From positions 1-64,000 of the IMG/VR virus record IMGVR_UViG_3300044692_000046: a stretch of 64,000 nt of DNA; one strand, 5' to 3'. Every line of letters begins with the position of its first letter. Within the stretch, counting starts at the first letter, position 1. The position numbers and the translations under genes were made by a program. The DNA comes from a virus. Below the pieces are notes generated by a model, which was given only the letters and a program-made list of their open reading frames with translations, searched no databases and had not been told where the DNA came from. Of this stretch, positions 62,271-64,000 are shown piece after piece.

Positions 62271-63106
62271 GCCGCCCCTCCTGCCTGCTCCGCTTCCATC
62301 GCCGCCAACTCGGCCTCCACCCGCTCGTCGAACTCCCCAGGACGTGGCTCCCTGCGCCCCGGCACGCGCCGTGGGCCCACCAGTGCGTGGCAGAACGAGC
62401 ACTCCTCCCACGCCGACAGCGGGAACCGCTTCAACGTCAGCAGGTCGCATTTCGGGCACGGCACCGGCAGCGCCTTGGCCGACATGCCCGTGACGCGGCG
62501 CATCAGCGCCAGATGCTCCCGCAGCTCCTCGCAGAAGTCCCCGAACGCCTCATCGTGGTCCGCCGCCCAGTCCACCCGCGCCCGCAGCCAGCCGGCCAGC
62601 CGGTCCGGGGTCGGCACCGGCAGCCGCTCCGGCAGCATGTCGGCGCGCGCCTCCTGCCAGTACCTCGCCCACTGATCCAGCCACCGCAGCGTCGGAATCT
62701 CCCCGGTCTGATCGTTCGCGGGCACCAGCTCCGGGGAGCCGTCCGCGGCGCGCACCAGGTGCCGTTCCCACGTCACCACCTGCCGGGAGCCGCCCTCCAC
62801 GTCCACTGTCACGACTCGCCGCTGTGTCACGATGTGCGGCACCAGCCCGTCAGACACGCCGTCCCGTAGCCGGTGGGAGTGGATCGACGGGACGGGCAGC
62901 ATCAGGTCCAGGGCGTGCAGGTTCAGCCGGCCTGTCGAGGTCAGCACCTCATCCGGCAGGTGGTGCGTCCACAGGTCCACCAGTTCGTCCAGCGCGGTCC
63001 GCGGCCACTGCCGGCACCACCAGCAGATGTCGCCCTCGCCGGGTTTCGGGTCGCGGCGGAAGCACAGGACGCAGGAGCCTTCCGGCTGCACGGTCTCCTC
63101 GGTCAT
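62267..63106 (-). CDS. Zinc-finger protein typical of distal early region of actinophages
   Basis: CVLC..CWWC N-terminal and CPKC..CSFC C-terminal; LAGWLRARVDWA. Confidence 0.75.
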   Translation of the reverse strand: MTEETVQPEGSCVLCFRRDPKPGEGDICWWCRQWPRTALDELVDLWTHHLPDEVLTSTGRLNLHALDLMLPVPSIHSHRLRDGVSDGLVPHIVTQRRVVTVDVEGGSRQVVTWERHLVRAADGSPELVPANDQTGEIPTLRWLDQWARYWQEARADMLPERLPVPTPDRLAGWLRARVDWAADHDEAFGDFCEELREHLALMRRVTGMSAKALPVPCPKCDLLTLKRFPLSAWEECSFCHALVGPRRVPGRREPRPGEFDERVEAELAAMEAEQAGGAA

Positions 63107-63993
63107 CGCCGCGACCCCCTGAGTTCGTAGGGTCGGCCGGCGCCGACGATGGAGTCGATGGATCTCCACGTCGGGACCGGCTCGTTGTCGTAGGGCTCGA
63201 ACAGGACAGCCACGCTCCTGAGTGGCTGGCGCGTTCGCTCGGCCAGCCGGGCGACCACCGCCGCCTCTAGTGCCCCGTGCTTCTCGTGCTCCAGCGGCGG
63301 GCGGTACTGACGCTCCCAGCCCGCCTCGTGCGCCATCGAAGGCGCGGGCGGTAGAGGTGGCGGCTCGTACGTCGAGACGGTGTAGGACGGCGGCGGCCAC
63401 TCCTCTAGCGAGTACGCCTCTTGGCCCACCGTCAGCGAGGTCCCATCAATCTGGGAGCCTCCGATGATTTCCCGCAGGAAGTTGCCGGCGTAGGCGCCAA
63501 AACCCGATGGGTAGGGCGTGAGCTCCACGGGGCACGTCGCTCCGCTGGTGCGGACCGCGGAACCGTGGTGTCCGCCGCCGGCTATGTTGTCCAACTCGGC
63601 ACGCGGGACAGCTCGTTCCCCCGACCCATCGTCCATCAGGAGCGTGCCCTCACGGCGACAGAACGCGCATGCGCACGCGAGGTCCACGGTGAGCGTGACG
63701 GTGCCCGCATCTCTTCCAGGTTGGAATCCGGCCTCGGCCACGACCTCTTCAATCGGTCGCCACAGGCCAGAAGGCGTCGGCGTTGATTTCGGCGCCCACC
63801 GCATCGAGTCGCCACGCGTGTAGCCCGACATGTCGCTGTCCAGCGGGAAGAGTTGCCGTGCTCCTACCTGCTCGGCCGTCCATCCGCGCTGGCACGCTGG
63901 CGAACAGAACCAGCCCGACTCGCCATCTGCGGGCAACGGCTCGCCGCAGTGCGCACACCGCTCCTCGACTGCGCTGTCGATGGCGTCCAGCAC
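63103..63993 (-). CDS. Hypothetical protein with N-terminal zinc finger (may extend beyond window)
   Basis: CAHCG...FCSPACQ. Confidence 0.6.
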   Translation of the reverse strand: MLDAIDSAVEERCAHCGEPLPADGESGWFCSPACQRGWTAEQVGARQLFPLDSDMSGYTRGDSMRWAPKSTPTPSGLWRPIEEVVAEAGFQPGRDAGTVTLTVDLACACAFCRREGTLLMDDGSGERAVPRAELDNIAGGGHHGSAVRTSGATCPVELTPYPSGFGAYAGNFLREIIGGSQIDGTSLTVGQEAYSLEEWPPPSYTVSTYEPPPLPPAPSMAHEAGWERQYRPPLEHEKHGALEAAVVARLAERTRQPLRSVAVLFEPYDNEPVPTWRSIDSIVGAGRPYELRGSRR

Positions 63994-64000
63994 GCTGTCC

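Larger units (their letters stand above)
1..64000. mobile_element. Temperate actinobacterial siphovirus/prophage (partial, apparently circularly permuted) carrying an AICE-like conjugation module
   Basis: Integrase, repressor/cro, full head-tail-lysis gene set and TraB module; no host genes; early operons run off both window ends on the same strand. Confidence 0.9.

Noticed and set aside
1-64000. CRISPR array, reverse transcriptase/DGR, rRNA, transposase
   Set aside because: No regularly spaced repeat-spacer units, RT motifs, TR/VR pair, rRNA signatures or transposase motifs seen

Overview
High-GC (about 70% by eye) actinobacterial temperate siphovirus-type element with no recognisable host housekeeping genes. 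The gene order reads like a circular phage genome opened inside the early region. (1) 1-4650: leftward early genes, a cro/repressor switch, a tyrosine integrase and a probable attP. (2) 4650-26720: a 22-kb accessory arm. It holds a second HTH replication initiator, an XRE-TPR regulator with an SDR enzyme, a TraB-type actinomycete conjugation module (GntR/KorSA-like repressor, Xis-like, DUF2637/Spd-like, TraA-like, FtsK-type TraB, candidate TraB recognition repeats), about 30 small coupled genes and a minimal kinase operon. (3) 26850-59270, minus strand: a full late region with terminases, portal, MuF-like, protease/scaffold, capsid, connectors, tail tube, chaperones, tape measure, duplicated tail-tip genes, GH25 endolysin and holin. 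(4) 59600-64000: the distal early genes. Main candidates for novelty: a virion-encoding phage that also carries mycelial conjugation, duplicated tail-tip modules, a 148-aa kinase-fold protein, a stand-alone NUMOD3-repeat gene in the connector cluster, CCHC zinc knuckles in a TraA-like protein, and a small-gene array with conserved junction sequences. All family assignments are by manual motif recognition; no database search was run.
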